This document shows, piece after piece, positions 63,547-64,000 of a stretch of DNA of 64,000 nt. The stretch is taken from contig OY762721.1 in the NCBI GenBank assembly GCA_963666345.1, forward strand, positions 4,032,001 through 4,096,000, given 5' to 3'. The DNA comes from Desulfatiglandales bacterium. Its GTDB lineage: Bacteria > Desulfobacterota > DSM-4660 > Desulfatiglandales > Desulfatiglandaceae. The notes under the pieces were generated by a model. It did not search any database. It saw nothing but the letters and a program-made list of their open reading frames with translations, and was not told the origin of the DNA. The first letter of the stretch is position 1. Each line of letters opens with the position of its first letter. Both the position numbers and the translations under genes were made by a program.

Positions 63547-64000
63547 TTAATCGGGAAGCCCGTTTTTTTGAATCCAGTCCCAGGCATCCATCATGTTTTC
63601 CTTGAATCCCGCCTTCGGTATAAACTTTTTGTCGAAAAAGGCCGTTCCGATCGTAAAACCCCAGGCCCCGGCATCCCTTACCTGAGCGATCCTTTCGTAG
63701 GAATCTATACTTCCCGCCGATACCACGGGGACATTAGTGGTGGCTTTTACAACCTCTTTTAGAAGTGCTACCGCATCACCGGTGTACCGGTAGGTGAGAA
63801 GATCAAACCCGTCAACTCCTTTTGCCTCCAGCCTCTTTGTTTGCTCAACCGTTTCTTCGATCGTTCCGTCAAGTATGCTGGGGTGACCATGGACATTGCC
63901 GATAAATGGGAAATATTTTACAGGGGTGTCTTTTAGAAAATCGTTGATGGAATCAAAAAAAACAGTGCCCATAAGGATATCAAACCCGCATTCAACTGCA
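63547..64000 (-). CDS. Uncharacterised TIM-barrel protein (5' end outside the window)
   Basis: The frame stays open to the window edge (AVECGFDILMGT...); G.PSIL.G, GFDLL.YRY, AGSI and FTIG.A resemble a phosphate-binding barrel end. Confidence 0.7.
   Translation of the reverse strand, partial: AVECGFDILMGTVFFDSINDFLKDTPVKYFPFIGNVHGHPSILDGTIEETVEQTKRLEAKGVDGFDLLTYRYTGDAVALLKEVVKATTNVPVVSAGSIDSYERIAQVRDAGAWGFTIGTAFFDKKFIPKAGFKENMMDAWDWIQKNGLPD

Overview
Chromosomal window from an anaerobic bacterium, most likely Desulfobacterota (deltaproteobacterial sulfate-reducer type; inferred from the class III cytochrome c, the Rnf type and gene context). It has four parts. (1) Housekeeping block, 1-14 kb: rnj (partial), ssb, tatA, sucCD, orn and thrS-infC-rpmI-rplT-pheST-merR; infC starts at a non-canonical AUA codon. 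(2) Atypical Rnf locus, 15.5-23 kb: tetraheme cytochrome c3-rnfCDGEAB with a convergent rseC. RnfB is fused to a GltD/NfnB-like FAD/NAD(P)H module, RnfC lacks its NADH/FMN motifs and RnfD lacks its covalent-FMN threonine; this is the best candidate for an undescribed system. (3) Radical SAM-ppx-guaBA, then a threonine/glycine catabolic supercluster (tdh, kbl, cysK-like, gcvT-H-PA-PB, lipB, lipA, gcvR-like, lpd, two Lrp regulators), a sulfatase-fold enzyme with Thr at the nucleophile position, and an AapJQMP amino-acid transporter. (4) Uncharacterised sugar/sugar-acid catabolic island, 50-64 kb, probably under a HutC-type GntR regulator with two recognisable operator copies. No rRNA, tRNA, CRISPR array or mobile element was seen. 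All calls come from motif recognition by eye; no searches were run.
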